From: a virus
Taxonomy: Duplodnaviria > Caudoviricetes
Length of the DNA stretch: 55,335 bases
IMG/VR virus record: IMGVR_UViG_3300020042_002590
Location: 1 to 55,335 of that record
Direction: 5' to 3' (one strand)
Shown here: positions 1 through 9,109 of the stretch, one piece after another
How positions within the stretch are numbered: the first letter of the stretch is position 1
Layout: each line of letters begins with the position of its first letter
Translations under genes and position numbers: made by a program
Notes under the pieces: generated by a model
Told to the model about the DNA's origin: nothing
Seen by the model: only the letters and a program-made list of their open reading frames with translations
Databases searched by the model: none

Positions 1-2255
1 AAAAAGACACCCGCGACCGCAGAGATTGGATTCAAACCTACGTCGAAGGCTTGAAGCTTCTGGGTCTGCGCTATGAAGAGCGTACAGAACCTTGGGCAGG
101 AGCCTGCGGTGTATTTCACCCAATGCTGACCGAGTCTGTTGTCAGGTTCCAGTCAGAAGGTATTACCGAGACATTCCCAGCGATGGGGCCGGTCAAGACC
201 AAGATCATCGGCAAAGAGACTCCAGAGACCGAAGAAGCTGCGCAGCGCGTCCAAGAGGACATGAACTATCAGTTGACCGAGGTGATGACTGAGTACCGCC
301 CAGAGCATGAAAAACTTCTGTGGTCTTTGCCCATTACCGGCTCGGCCTTTAAAAAGGTCTACTACGACCCATCAAAAGGTCGTCAGATGGCTGTGTTCAT
401 CCCCGCAGAGGACTTGGTTGTTCCTTATGGTGCACGGGATATTGAGTCTTCAGAGCGTGTTACCCACGTAATGCGCAAGACCAAGAACGAGGTTTTGAAG
501 CTTCAGGAGTCGGGTTTCTACCTAGATGTTGATCTTGGCGACCCCGGCTATGAGCTTGATGATGTTGAGAAGCAGAAATCAGAAGAAAGCGGCATGTCTG
601 CTATCCAAGATGACCGCTACCGCATCCTTGAAATGCACGTAGACATTGACCTTAAAGGCTTTGAGCATACAAACGACAAGGGTGAGAAGACCGGCATTGC
701 CTTGCCTTACGTTATTACAGTTGAGAAAAGCACCGCAGAGATTCTTTCAATAAGGAGAAATTGGTATGAGGGAGACGAACTGCACATTAAGCGACAGCAT
801 TTTGTCCACTACCAATACATCCCCGGTGATGGCTTCTATGGTTACGGTCTTATCCACCTTATCGGGGGCTACGCAAAATCTGCAACCATGCTCATCCGAC
901 AGCTTGTTGATGCTGGCACGTTGTCTAACTTACCCGGAGGTCTTAAATCTCGCGGCCTGCGCATTAAAGGAGACGACACCCCCATCCAGCCCGGAGAGTT
1001 CCGAGATGTAGATGTGCCAAGCGGGTCTATCCGCGACAATATCTTACCGTTGCCTTACAAAGAACCAAGTCAGGTTCTGTTTGCCTTATTCCAAAACATC
1101 GTAGAAGAAGGCCGTTCTTTTGCCAACGGCGGGGACATGAATGTCTCCGACATGTCTGCGCAGGCTCCTGTAGGCACAACACTGGCTATTCTGGAAAGAA
1201 CCCTGAAGGTCATGGGCGCAGTCCAGTCTCGTATGCACTTCTCAATGAAGCAAGAGTTCAAGCTCTTGAAGGTGATCATTGCCGACTACGCGCCAGAAGA
1301 CTACGACTACGAGCCAGAAGAGGGTAGCCGTGCCGCCCGTAAATCTGATTACGACAGCACAGACGTAATACCCGTCAGCGATCCCAATGCCTCCACAATG
1401 GCGCAGAAGATTGTCCAGTATCAGGCAGTTCTTCAGTTAGCTCAGGGTGCGCCCCAGTTGTATGACCTGCCCTTGTTGCACCGTCAGATGATTGAGGTTC
1501 TTGGGGTAAAGAACGCTCATAAGCTGGTCAAAACTGAAGATGACCAAGTGCCGACCGACCCTGTTCAGGAAAACCAAAACATCTTGACGGGCAAGTCGGT
1601 AAAGGCTTTTGTGGAGCAAAACCACGAAGCTCACATCCAAGTCCACATGATGGCAATGCAAGATCCCAAGATTGCCCAAATCATGGCCCAAAACCCACAA
1701 GCTCAGATGATGCAAGCGGCAATGCTTGCGCACATCAACGAACACACTGGGTTCCAGTACCGCCTTGAGATTGAAAAGCGCATGGGCATGGTCTTGCCGA
1801 CAGAAGAGCAAACCAAGCAAGTTCCTCCAGAAATGGCGGACAACCTTGCAATCATGGCGGCAGAAGCAGCCAAACAACTGTTCCAGCAAAACAGCCAAGA
1901 AGCTCAGCAACAGCAGGCTCAGCAGCAAATGCAAGATCCTATCGTTCAGATGCAGATGCAAGAACTCCAGATCAAGCAGGGCGAGTTGCAGCTTAAGCAG
2001 CAAAAACAACAGATCGACGCAGCAGCAAAGGCTGACCAGATCCGTATTGAAGAAGCCCGTATTGCCGCGCAGAAAGAAATTGCAGCCATGCAGGTATCGG
2101 CAAAAGCTGCCGAGAGCAAGGATCGTTTAAACAAACAAATGGAATTGGACGGGTCTCGCTTAGGTGTGGACATCGCCAAACATCGCAGCCAAATGGCTGT
2201 GCAAGCCGCGCAAAGAACTGCGCAACAACTTCCTAACAAACCCAAGAAAGGTTAA
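1..2255 (+). CDS. Portal protein (5'-truncated; frame is open from base 3, so the true start lies upstream of the window)
   Basis: Frame reads KDTRDRRDWIQTYVEGLKLLG... into the 734-aa ORF; podovirus-type portal motifs (HPMLTESVVRFQ, GSAFKKVYYD, LVDAGTLSNLPGG); Gln-rich coiled-coil C-terminus; first gene of the head module. Confidence 0.85.
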   Translation, partial: KDTRDRRDWIQTYVEGLKLLGLRYEERTEPWAGACGVFHPMLTESVVRFQSEGITETFPAMGPVKTKIIGKETPETEEAAQRVQEDMNYQLTEVMTEYRPEHEKLLWSLPITGSAFKKVYYDPSKGRQMAVFIPAEDLVVPYGARDIESSERVTHVMRKTKNEVLKLQESGFYLDVDLGDPGYELDDVEKQKSEESGMSAIQDDRYRILEMHVDIDLKGFEHTNDKGEKTGIALPYVITVEKSTAEILSIRRNWYEGDELHIKRQHFVHYQYIPGDGFYGYGLIHLIGGYAKSATMLIRQLVDAGTLSNLPGGLKSRGLRIKGDDTPIQPGEFRDVDVPSGSIRDNILPLPYKEPSQVLFALFQNIVEEGRSFANGGDMNVSDMSAQAPVGTTLAILERTLKVMGAVQSRMHFSMKQEFKLLKVIIADYAPEDYDYEPEEGSRAARKSDYDSTDVIPVSDPNASTMAQKIVQYQAVLQLAQGAPQLYDLPLLHRQMIEVLGVKNAHKLVKTEDDQVPTDPVQENQNILTGKSVKAFVEQNHEAHIQVHMMAMQDPKIAQIMAQNPQAQMMQAAMLAHINEHTGFQYRLEIEKRMGMVLPTEEQTKQVPPEMADNLAIMAAEAAKQLFQQNSQEAQQQQAQQQMQDPIVQMQMQELQIKQGELQLKQQKQQIDAAAKADQIRIEEARIAAQKEIAAMQVSAKAAESKDRLNKQMELDGSRLGVDIAKHRSQMAVQAAQRTAQQLPNKPKKG

Positions 2256-2257
2256 TT

Positions 2258-2455
2258 ATGGATGCAACTCGTGTATTGCAGCACGTGCGAAAAGAGCTTG
2301 AAACCATCCGCAATGAGCAGGTGGAATTTTTAGCCAGTGGAAGAGTGACTGATTTTGCCGAGTATCGGCACGTTTGCGGGGTGATTCGAGGTCTTGGTCA
2401 CGCAGATGGTTTTATATCCGACCTTGCGAAAAAAATGGAGTACTCCGATGACTGA
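2258..2455 (+). CDS. Small conserved phage protein (between portal and GroES)
   Basis: 65-aa ORF tightly packed after the portal; G..DFAEYR..CG.IRGL pattern typical of this slot. Confidence 0.7.
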   Translation: MDATRVLQHVRKELETIRNEQVEFLASGRVTDFAEYRHVCGVIRGLGHADGFISDLAKKMEYSDD

Positions 2456-2858
2456 ATTTGATGTTGAGGCGGTTGATCTGTCTGGCATTTTGAACACAAC
2501 TGCTGAACAAAAGGCCAAACAACTACCTGACCCGACGGGTTTTATGCTGCTTACCGTTGTCCCAGAGGCGATGGAAGAGTACGCAGACAGCGACATTGGG
2601 ATTGTCAAGTCCACCCAAGCGATCTGGAAAGAAGAGATTCTGACCCCTGTGCTTTTTGTTGTAAAGCTTGGCCCAGAGGCTTACAAGGACGCAACTAGGT
2701 TCCCATCAGGGCCACGTTGCAAGGTTGGTGACTTTGTCATCGTCCGACCCAATTCAGGAACCCGCCTGAAGATTCATGGTCGTGAATTCCGTCTCATTAA
2801 CGATGACTCGGTTGAAGCGGTTGTGGAAGACCCCCGTGGCATTACACGTGCAGCATAA
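2448..2858 (+). CDS. groES: GroES-like co-chaperonin
   Basis: ATG 2448 with GGAG RBS; LPDPTGFMLL...VVKLGPEAY...KVGDFVI...G..LKIHGREFRLINDDSVEAVV matches the GroES fold pattern. Confidence 0.8.
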   Translation: MTEFDVEAVDLSGILNTTAEQKAKQLPDPTGFMLLTVVPEAMEEYADSDIGIVKSTQAIWKEEILTPVLFVVKLGPEAYKDATRFPSGPRCKVGDFVIVRPNSGTRLKIHGREFRLINDDSVEAVVEDPRGITRAA

Positions 2859-2868
2859 GGAGTAATAC

Positions 2869-3831
2869 ATGGCAACACAAATTGACAAAGATACGTACGA
2901 GTTTCCTGACGAAAAGGAAACTAAAGCCTCAGAGGAAAAGTTTGAGATAGAGATTGAAGACGACACCCCAGAGGTCGACCGAGGCCGCAAAAGCGCCCCC
3001 ATAAATGAGCCTGAAGATGAAGAACTGACCCAGTACAGCAAGGATGTACAAGATCGCGTCGGGAAACTCAAGCGCGGCTACCATGACGAACGCAGAGCAA
3101 AAGAAAAGGCTGAGCGCGAGCGTATAGCGGCAGAAGAGTTTGCGGCTCAGGTGTATGAGGAAAACAAGCGTTTAAAAGGACAGCTCAAGTCCGGCAGCGA
3201 AGTTTTCATTGAGCAAAACAAATCTACAGCCCAGATGGCTCTGGACGCAGCCAAGAAGCGCTACAAAGAAGCCTATGAATCTGGCGACTCTGACGGCGTG
3301 GCTGATGCTCAAATGGAGATCACCAAAGCGACTCTCAGGATCGACCGGGCAGAGCAAATGCGCCCAATTGACGAGCCTGAAACGTTTAGACCTCCCGCTC
3401 AGGAAGCCACACAAAAGATGTCGCCAAGAACCCAGAAGTGGGTTGAGGACAATTCTTCGTGGTTTGGCGCAGACGAAGAAATGACGATGGCGGCTATGGG
3501 CCTTGACAGGAAACTGAAAAAGGAATATGGTGACGACTATGCGGGTACTGAAGAGTACTTCCAAACCATCGACAAAACGATGCGCAAAAGATTTCCTGAG
3601 AACTTTGAGTCTCAGCGCCATGAGGATGATGACACCTCCAATACGTCATCAGAATCGGATGAGGGTACACCTCGCCGCGCCAAACCAGCTTCTGTTGTAG
3701 CTCCTGCTACTCGAAGCACCCCTCCAAATCGCGTAAAACTATCAGCATCTCAAGCCGCCATTGCGCGTCGGCTTAATGTGCCTATGGAAGAGTATGCGAA
3801 AGCGGTAGCAAATTTAAGAAGGAATGCATAA
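2869..3831 (+). CDS. Putative capsid scaffolding protein
   Basis: Acidic N-terminus, long coiled coil, C-terminal LSASQAAIARRLNVPMEEYAK helix; position between portal and capsid; AGGAG RBS. Confidence 0.65.
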   Translation: MATQIDKDTYEFPDEKETKASEEKFEIEIEDDTPEVDRGRKSAPINEPEDEELTQYSKDVQDRVGKLKRGYHDERRAKEKAERERIAAEEFAAQVYEENKRLKGQLKSGSEVFIEQNKSTAQMALDAAKKRYKEAYESGDSDGVADAQMEITKATLRIDRAEQMRPIDEPETFRPPAQEATQKMSPRTQKWVEDNSSWFGADEEMTMAAMGLDRKLKKEYGDDYAGTEEYFQTIDKTMRKRFPENFESQRHEDDDTSNTSSESDEGTPRRAKPASVVAPATRSTPPNRVKLSASQAAIARRLNVPMEEYAKAVANLRRNA

Positions 3832-3832
3832 C

Positions 3833-4303
3833 ATGGATCAAGTACAAGTGTCTGACAAGACAAATCGCAAGCCCCGTGAGCTTGAAGGCCGTCAAGAGAT
3901 GCAACGACCAACGTCGTGGCGTTTACCCGATGCCCTTCCTTCTCCTGAAGATCGAGCCGGTTGGTCGCATCGCTGGATTAGAACAAGCACATTGGGAACA
4001 AGTGATCCATCAAACATTTCATCTAAATTCAGAGAAGGATACGAACCCTGCAAAGCAGAAGAGTATCCAGAGCTAATGATGCACGCTTCTACGGAAGGTC
4101 GCTTCAAAGGCAACATTGAAGTTGGTGGGTTGATTCTCTGTCGTATTCCGGCTGAGTTTATGGATCAACGGGAAGCACATTTTTCCCGCCAAAACAAAGC
4201 GCAGATGGAATCGGTAGATAACACCTACATGAAAGACAACGATCCACGTATGTCGAAATTTGCAGAAAGATCGACAAAAGTGACATTCGGCCCCGGTTCT
4301 TAA
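3833..4303 (+). CDS. Conserved head-module hypothetical protein
   Basis: WSHRWIR...NISSKFREGYEP...IEVGGLILCRIP pattern; start ATG 3833 after AAGG. Confidence 0.7.
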   Translation: MDQVQVSDKTNRKPRELEGRQEMQRPTSWRLPDALPSPEDRAGWSHRWIRTSTLGTSDPSNISSKFREGYEPCKAEEYPELMMHASTEGRFKGNIEVGGLILCRIPAEFMDQREAHFSRQNKAQMESVDNTYMKDNDPRMSKFAERSTKVTFGPGS

Positions 4304-4325
4304 TTTTTTTTAAAAGGAGTCTTAA

Positions 4326-5159
4326 ATGGCTTATCCAGTGATTGACGCTCCATACGGACTGTTGGCACAAAACTTGATTGGTGGTCAAGTATTTGCGGGT
4401 TCTACTCGCTTTTACCCCATCCAGTACGGTTATGCGACTGACATCTTCTATGGTGATTTTGTTGTTTTATCCCGTGGCTTTGCCACCCGCGCCTCAGTTA
4501 CTACCGGCACTGGTTTGAACCAGACCGTTGGTATTTTCTTGGGTTGCACATTCACTAACCCTGTAACTAAGCAGAAGCAATTCAGCCAATACTGGCCCGC
4601 AAGCACCGCCGCTGGCGACTGCGAAGCCTATGTGTTGGACGATCCCGATGCTGTGTTCAAAGCTGTTGTTTGTTCTTCTGGTACTACCGTTGCTTCTGGC
4701 GCTTTGGCGATGATTGGCACTAACGTGTCAGCTATCAACAACACCGGCAACACCAGCACCGGAAATTCCAAAAACGCAGTTTTGGCTCCCTCTGACACTC
4801 CTGTCACCACCACTCTGCCTTTGCGCGTGATTGGTGTTGTTCCTGACACGGCAGTTGATTTGGGTACAGTTACTTACAGTTCGGGTACTACTACCCTGAC
4901 CGTCAGTGCTTTGCCTTTTGCCTTGCCAGTCGGTACAGACGTTGGTGTGGTGACCACAAACGGTCAAATTGCCGCCACAGGTTCTTTTGTTGATACCGCA
5001 GCCGCAGCAGGCGCAACTTCTGTTGTGCTGAACCAAGCCGCCACATTCACATTGAACTCTGGTGTTTACACATCGACTGTGGTTTTCACTCAGTATCCTG
5101 AAGTCTTGGTTAAGTTGAACCAAGGTTTGCATGGTTACTATTCCGCCACTGGCGCATAA
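4326..5159 (+). CDS. Putative capsid decoration/cement protein
   Basis: Directly upstream of the major capsid gene; beta-rich T/G/A/V composition; AAGGAG RBS. Confidence 0.6.
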   Translation: MAYPVIDAPYGLLAQNLIGGQVFAGSTRFYPIQYGYATDIFYGDFVVLSRGFATRASVTTGTGLNQTVGIFLGCTFTNPVTKQKQFSQYWPASTAAGDCEAYVLDDPDAVFKAVVCSSGTTVASGALAMIGTNVSAINNTGNTSTGNSKNAVLAPSDTPVTTTLPLRVIGVVPDTAVDLGTVTYSSGTTTLTVSALPFALPVGTDVGVVTTNGQIAATGSFVDTAAAAGATSVVLNQAATFTLNSGVYTSTVVFTQYPEVLVKLNQGLHGYYSATGA

Positions 5160-5171
5160 GGAGTTACTTAA

Positions 5172-6083
5172 ATGGCTATTTCACGCGCACAACTACTCAA
5201 AGAACTCTTACCCGGCTTGAATGCCTTGTTTGGTATGGAGTATGCTCGTTACGGCGAGGAACATAAAGAGATTTATGAAACCGAAACCTCAGAGCGTTCT
5301 TTTGAAGAAGAGACCAAGTTGTCTGGCTTCTCAGCCGCACCTGTCAAGAACGAAGGCTCAGCCATCGCTTATGACAATGCGCAAGAGGCATGGACTACAC
5401 GCTACAACCACGAAACCATTGCTTTGGGTTTCTCAATCACTGAAGAGGCGATTGAAGATAACTTGTACGACAGCTTGTCTGCTCGTTACACCAAAGGTCT
5501 GGCTCGTGCTATGGCTTACACCAAGCAGGTCAAAGCTGCTGCTATTCTGAACAACGGTTTCTCTGCCGCCTATCCCGGTGGCGACGGCGTTGCTTTGTTT
5601 AGCACTGCTCACCCCTTGGTTTCTGGTGGTACTACCTCCAACCGCCCTGCCACTGCTGCTGACTTGAATGAAACTTCGTTGGAAAACGCTGTTATTCAGA
5701 TCGCTGCATGGACAGACGAGCGTGGTTTGTTGATCGCCGCCAAGCCCAAGAAGCTGATTGTTCCCCCTGCATTGCAGTTCGTGGCTACCCGCCTGTTGGA
5801 AACCAACCTCCGTGTTGGCACTACCGACAACGACATCAACGCATTGAAGAACAATGGCTCTATCCCTGAAGGCTACACCATTAACCACTACCTGACCGAC
5901 ACAAACGGCTGGTATTTGACTACTGATGTGCCTAACGGTCTGAAGCATTTCGTTCGTTCACCCCTTGCCAACAGCATGGACGGTGACTTTGATACCGGCA
6001 ACGTCCGTTACAAAGCCCGCGAGCGTTACAGCTTTGGCTGGTCTGATCCATTGGGAATGTTCGGTTCCCCCGGTTCGGCTTAA
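5172..6083 (+). CDS. Major capsid protein (HK97 fold, Mu gpT-like family)
   Basis: MAISRAQLLKELLPGLNALFG...DGVALFSTAHP...KLIVPPALQF...GNVRYKARERYSFGWSDP; highly biased codons; followed by a terminator. Confidence 0.9.
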   Translation: MAISRAQLLKELLPGLNALFGMEYARYGEEHKEIYETETSERSFEEETKLSGFSAAPVKNEGSAIAYDNAQEAWTTRYNHETIALGFSITEEAIEDNLYDSLSARYTKGLARAMAYTKQVKAAAILNNGFSAAYPGGDGVALFSTAHPLVSGGTTSNRPATAADLNETSLENAVIQIAAWTDERGLLIAAKPKKLIVPPALQFVATRLLETNLRVGTTDNDINALKNNGSIPEGYTINHYLTDTNGWYLTTDVPNGLKHFVRSPLANSMDGDFDTGNVRYKARERYSFGWSDPLGMFGSPGSA

Positions 6084-6092
6084 TAGGCCGAT

Positions 6093-6120
6093 AAAAAAGG
6101 GAGCTTCGGCTCCCTTTTTT
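6093..6120. terminator. Rho-independent terminator (bidirectional) after the capsid gene
   Basis: AAAAAAGGGAGC-TTCG-GCTCCCTTTTTT perfect hairpin with A and T tracts. Confidence 0.9.
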
Positions 6121-6133
6121 ATTGTTTAAACTC

Positions 6134-6162
6134 TTGTCGAGAACGTTTAAATGATGTATATT
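6134..6162 (+). promoter_or_regulatory. Sigma70-like promoter
   Basis: TTGTCG-17 nt-TATATT right after the terminator and right before the structured RNA. Confidence 0.55.
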
Positions 6163-6169
6163 GCAACCA

Positions 6170-6248
6170 CCCCGAGAATCATCGGCGTATCAAACAGGCT
6201 CGGCTGACCTCATGCAGATTGATACGCTCCAACGCATGGAGAATTAAC
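6170..6248 (+). ncRNA. Double-pseudoknot cis-regulatory RNA, probably the Mu-gpT-DE motif
   Basis: Pairings GCGTATCAA 6185-6193/TTGATACGC 6219-6227, CAG/CTG, CCGAG 6172-6176/CTCGG 6199-6203, CATGC 6211-6215/GCATG 6234-6238 at the RBS; lies after the terminator of a Mu-gpT-like capsid gene. Confidence 0.65.
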
Positions 6249-6785
6249 ATGGCAAATAGCACATTCAGCGGCCCAGTAAGATCGCAAAACGGTTTTGAGA
6301 CTGTTTCAATCAGCCCAACCACTGGCGCAGTTACCGTCACCTCTGTTCTTGGCGCAGCTACCAGCATAACAACCTTGGCTGCTACAACCGTAACAGCCGC
6401 AAATCTGGTCTTTACGGATCAAAACCACCCAACAACCGCTGCTATCAACGCAACAGCCACAGCTACCGCAGCAGAAGTTGCTACTGGCTACATCACTTCT
6501 ACTTCTGCTTCCCCAACTACTATTACTTTGCCTACCGGCACAGACCTTGGTACAGCCTTGGGCGCAACTCGCGGCACTACGCTGGACTTGTTTGTTGACA
6601 ACACTCTTGGCGCATCAACTGTGACTATTGCTGTGGCAACTAACGGCATCTTGTCCGCTGCCGCTGCCGCCGGTTCAGGCGCTGGCGCTGGTTTGTTGAC
6701 TGTACCTTCTGGCGTTACAGGTCTGGCCTGCTTCAGAATTATGTTCTCTAGCGCCACTGCATACGTGTTCTCTCGTATCGCTTAA
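6249..6785 (+). CDS. Virion structural protein (MANSTFSGPVRS family; head fibre/decoration-like)
   Basis: ATG 6249 after GGAG; Thr/Ala-rich beta composition; own terminator. Confidence 0.7.
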   Translation: MANSTFSGPVRSQNGFETVSISPTTGAVTVTSVLGAATSITTLAATTVTAANLVFTDQNHPTTAAINATATATAAEVATGYITSTSASPTTITLPTGTDLGTALGATRGTTLDLFVDNTLGASTVTIAVATNGILSAAAAAGSGAGAGLLTVPSGVTGLACFRIMFSSATAYVFSRIA

Positions 6786-6792
6786 TCAACCC

Positions 6793-6814
6793 AAGGGGCT
6801 TCGGCCCCTTTTTT
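6793..6814 (+). terminator. Rho-independent terminator
   Basis: AAGGGGC-TTCG-GCCCCTT-TTTT. Confidence 0.85.
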
Positions 6815-6828
6815 AAAGGAGATTGATT

Positions 6829-7116
6829 ATGGCAATGCAGACAGACGTACGATCACAGCATTTGACTGCCAGCGGCAATATTGACGGACTTAGCCGTAAT
6901 CGTTTTAAAGCTCTTTCCTACCGAGGAACTGGGGCAGACGGTTATGTGCGGTTACGCAATGGCGGCTCGGGTGGCGCTATTTTGTGTGAGTTAGATGTTG
7001 GCGTAAGTGACTCATTCACAATTTACGTCTTATTGCCCGGCGAAGGCATCTTGTTCCCCAGTGGTATTTACGTAGATTTATCCAACGTAGCTGCTTGCAC
7101 GGTGTTCTATGGCTAA
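6829..7116 (+). CDS. Small virion-module hypothetical protein
   Basis: MAMQTDV...LPGEGILF..GIYVDL...TVFYG; AGGAG RBS. Confidence 0.7.
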   Translation: MAMQTDVRSQHLTASGNIDGLSRNRFKALSYRGTGADGYVRLRNGGSGGAILCELDVGVSDSFTIYVLLPGEGILFPSGIYVDLSNVAACTVFYG

Positions 7117-7366
7117 GAAAAAAGGCCCCTCCCTCGCTGTTGGTCGTGGCGAAAAGCTACCCGCTTCCAAGGGGGCGGGTTTGACCGCCAAAGGTCGCGC
7201 CAAGTACAACGCAGCAACAGGAAGCAATCTTAAGGCTCCGCAACCCGGAGGCGGCGCACGTAAGAAGTCATTCTGCGCTCGTATGTCTGGTATGCCCGGC
7301 CCGATGAAAGATGAAAAAGGCAAGCCCACCCGCAAGGCGGCTTCCTTAGCAAGATGGAAGTGCTGA
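7109..7366 (+). CDS. Small basic protein (DUF6321-like)
   Basis: GAGLTAKGRAKYNAATGSNLKAP...RKKSFCARMSG...ARWKC. Confidence 0.65.
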   Translation: MAKKKGPSLAVGRGEKLPASKGAGLTAKGRAKYNAATGSNLKAPQPGGGARKKSFCARMSGMPGPMKDEKGKPTRKAASLARWKC

Positions 7367-7367
7367 C

Positions 7368-7631
7368 ATGGACTTAAATTCATTATGGTCGCTGGCTTTG
7401 TCAATCGTTGTTGGCGGATTTGGATTTTTCTTGCGAGAAAAGTTTGCTGACGTTAAGCAAAACACCGAAGAAACCAAGCGAATTGAACGATTGCTTAACA
7501 TAACCCGAGAGGAGATTGCTCGTGACTACGCCACCAATTCAGAGGTTCAAAGAGTTACTGACCACATTGACCAACGTTTTAACAGACTTGAAGCAAAGAT
7601 TGATCAGCTTATTCAAGCCAAAGGACAGTGA
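7368..7631 (+). CDS. Small membrane protein with coiled coil
   Basis: N-terminal hydrophobic helix, TREEIARDY...FNRLEAKIDQL. Confidence 0.6.
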   Translation: MDLNSLWSLALSIVVGGFGFFLREKFADVKQNTEETKRIERLLNITREEIARDYATNSEVQRVTDHIDQRFNRLEAKIDQLIQAKGQ

Positions 7632-8068
7632 TGCCAGCAACAAGTGAAAAACAAAAGAAATTCATGGATGCTGTGGCGCATAACCCAGCATTTGCGAAGA
7701 AGGTTGGAGTTCCTAAAGCCGTGGGCAAGGACTTCAGCGAGGCCAGCAAAGGTATGAAGTTTCGCTCCAAAACACGTGCAGACTCTCAAACAATCAACAA
7801 TCCCAAAACCAATCAAGGTAAACAGGAACTTTTTAAAGAAGGTGGATCTATGGCAACGAAAATGAACCCCGGTTTTATGGCAATGATAGCTAAGAAAAAA
7901 GCTGGAGCCAAGTCAGAAATGCCCTCCAAGATGGGCAAACCTGTGATGAAAAAAGGCATGGACATGGCTAAAGACGGCATGAAGATGGCTAAAGGTGGTG
8001 GCGTTGAAGTCAAAGGCAAAACCAAAGGCAAGATGATCAAGATGAACAAGGGCGGCAAAGCCTGCTAA
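7631..8068 (+). CDS. Lys/Met/Gly-rich basic protein, probable internal virion protein
   Basis: MPATSEKQKKFMDAVAHNPAFAKKVGVP; three [MF]xxGG motifs; may include a second start at ATG 7850. Confidence 0.65.
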   Translation: MPATSEKQKKFMDAVAHNPAFAKKVGVPKAVGKDFSEASKGMKFRSKTRADSQTINNPKTNQGKQELFKEGGSMATKMNPGFMAMIAKKKAGAKSEMPSKMGKPVMKKGMDMAKDGMKMAKGGGVEVKGKTKGKMIKMNKGGKAC

Positions 8069-8078
8069 GGAGTACAAG

Positions 8079-8828
8079 ATGGCAAAACTCAAAGATTTGG
8101 CTGGCTTGGCTGCGCTTGGCGCAATTGGCTACAAGCTGTCGCAGAGAGGTAAAGATGACGCTGGCAAGATGGCGGATTCAAGCTCTTATGCACCCAGTGA
8201 CGCTCGCACAAAAAGTTCGGTTACGGCTGCGGACATGTCGTCTCCCGCTCAATCAGCGGCGGATGACACCAGCGCCGGTGTTCTAAAGGCAATTACAGCG
8301 CCTAAATCAGCACCAAACGATCAAGCTGGTAATCAAGGTGTTGTTTCGCCAAAATCAAAAGACAAGGCCAAGTCTTCTGTGGGCAGTGGCACACGTCCCG
8401 CTTCAGTCAAGAACCCAAACTACAGCAACGAAGGCCGTAGCTCTACTGCTTCAGCCAAAAATCCTAACTACAGCAATGAAGGTCGTAGCTCTGTCAAAGC
8501 AGCAACTCCTTCTACAGCAACTCCATCAACAATGCCCAGCACTTACCGCGACTTGAGCGGTAAAGTTAAATCTATTGGGCCAAGCGGCTTGTCCTCATCG
8601 CAAATTGCAAGTGATGCAGTGGTTTCCGGCGCTAAAAAAATTGGCAGTGGTGTTGCTGATTATGTAAAAAACTTTGAAACCCCAGCAGAGCGCCGCTCAC
8701 GTGAGGCCAAAGAAGCCTCGGGCATGAAGCGTGGTGGAACAGTCAAGATGGCCTCCGGGGGCATGACTGCTTCGCGCCGTGGTGACGGCATCGCCACCAA
8801 GGGCAAGACACGCGGAAAGATTTGCTGA
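8079..8828 (+). CDS. Low-complexity basic protein, probable internal virion protein
   Basis: AGGAG RBS; internal KNPNYSNEGRSS duplication; C-terminal MKRGG, MASGG and RGDGIATKGKTRG motifs. Confidence 0.65.
   Translation: MAKLKDLAGLAALGAIGYKLSQRGKDDAGKMADSSSYAPSDARTKSSVTAADMSSPAQSAADDTSAGVLKAITAPKSAPNDQAGNQGVVSPKSKDKAKSSVGSGTRPASVKNPNYSNEGRSSTASAKNPNYSNEGRSSVKAATPSTATPSTMPSTYRDLSGKVKSIGPSGLSSSQIASDAVVSGAKKIGSGVADYVKNFETPAERRSREAKEASGMKRGGTVKMASGGMTASRRGDGIATKGKTRGKIC
8400..8492 (+). repeat. Imperfect 48-nt tandem duplication encoding ASxKNPNYSNEGRSS twice
   Basis: GCTTCAGTCAAGAACCCAAACTACAGCAACGAAGGCCGTAGCTCT vs GCTTCAGCCAAAAATCCTAACTACAGCAATGAAGGTCGTAGCTCT; differences mostly synonymous. 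Confidence 0.85.
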
Positions 8829-8830
8829 TC

Positions 8831-9109
8831 ATGATGGCCTCTCGCGGTATGGGCGCAATGAACCCGTCAAAGATGCCGAAGAAGAAGGTCATCCACCGCA
8901 AGGACAAGCCACAGGATGTGGATATGTATGCGGAAGGTGGCAAGGTCAACGCCGCTGGAAACTACACGAAACCAAGCCTTCGTAAGAAGATTGTGTCTCA
9001 AGTCAAAGCGGCGGCAACGCACGGCACTGGCGCAGGTCAGTGGTCAGCAAGGAAAGCGCAGCTTGTAGCCAAGAAATACAAAGCTGCTGGCGGAGGATAC
9101 AGAGATTGA
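8831..9109 (+). CDS. Small basic protein (N-terminal half of a DUF5872-like family)
   Basis: NYTKPSLRKKI...GQWSARKAQLVAKKYKAAGGGY. Confidence 0.65.
   Translation: MMASRGMGAMNPSKMPKKKVIHRKDKPQDVDMYAEGGKVNAAGNYTKPSLRKKIVSQVKAAATHGTGAGQWSARKAQLVAKKYKAAGGGYRD

Noticed and set aside
51-53. TTG at 51 as the portal start
   Set aside because: The frame is open to the window edge with portal-like sequence, so the gene starts upstream
1119-1133. FANGG in the portal as another xxxGG motif
   Set aside because: Single copy inside a folded core region; likely chance and not counted
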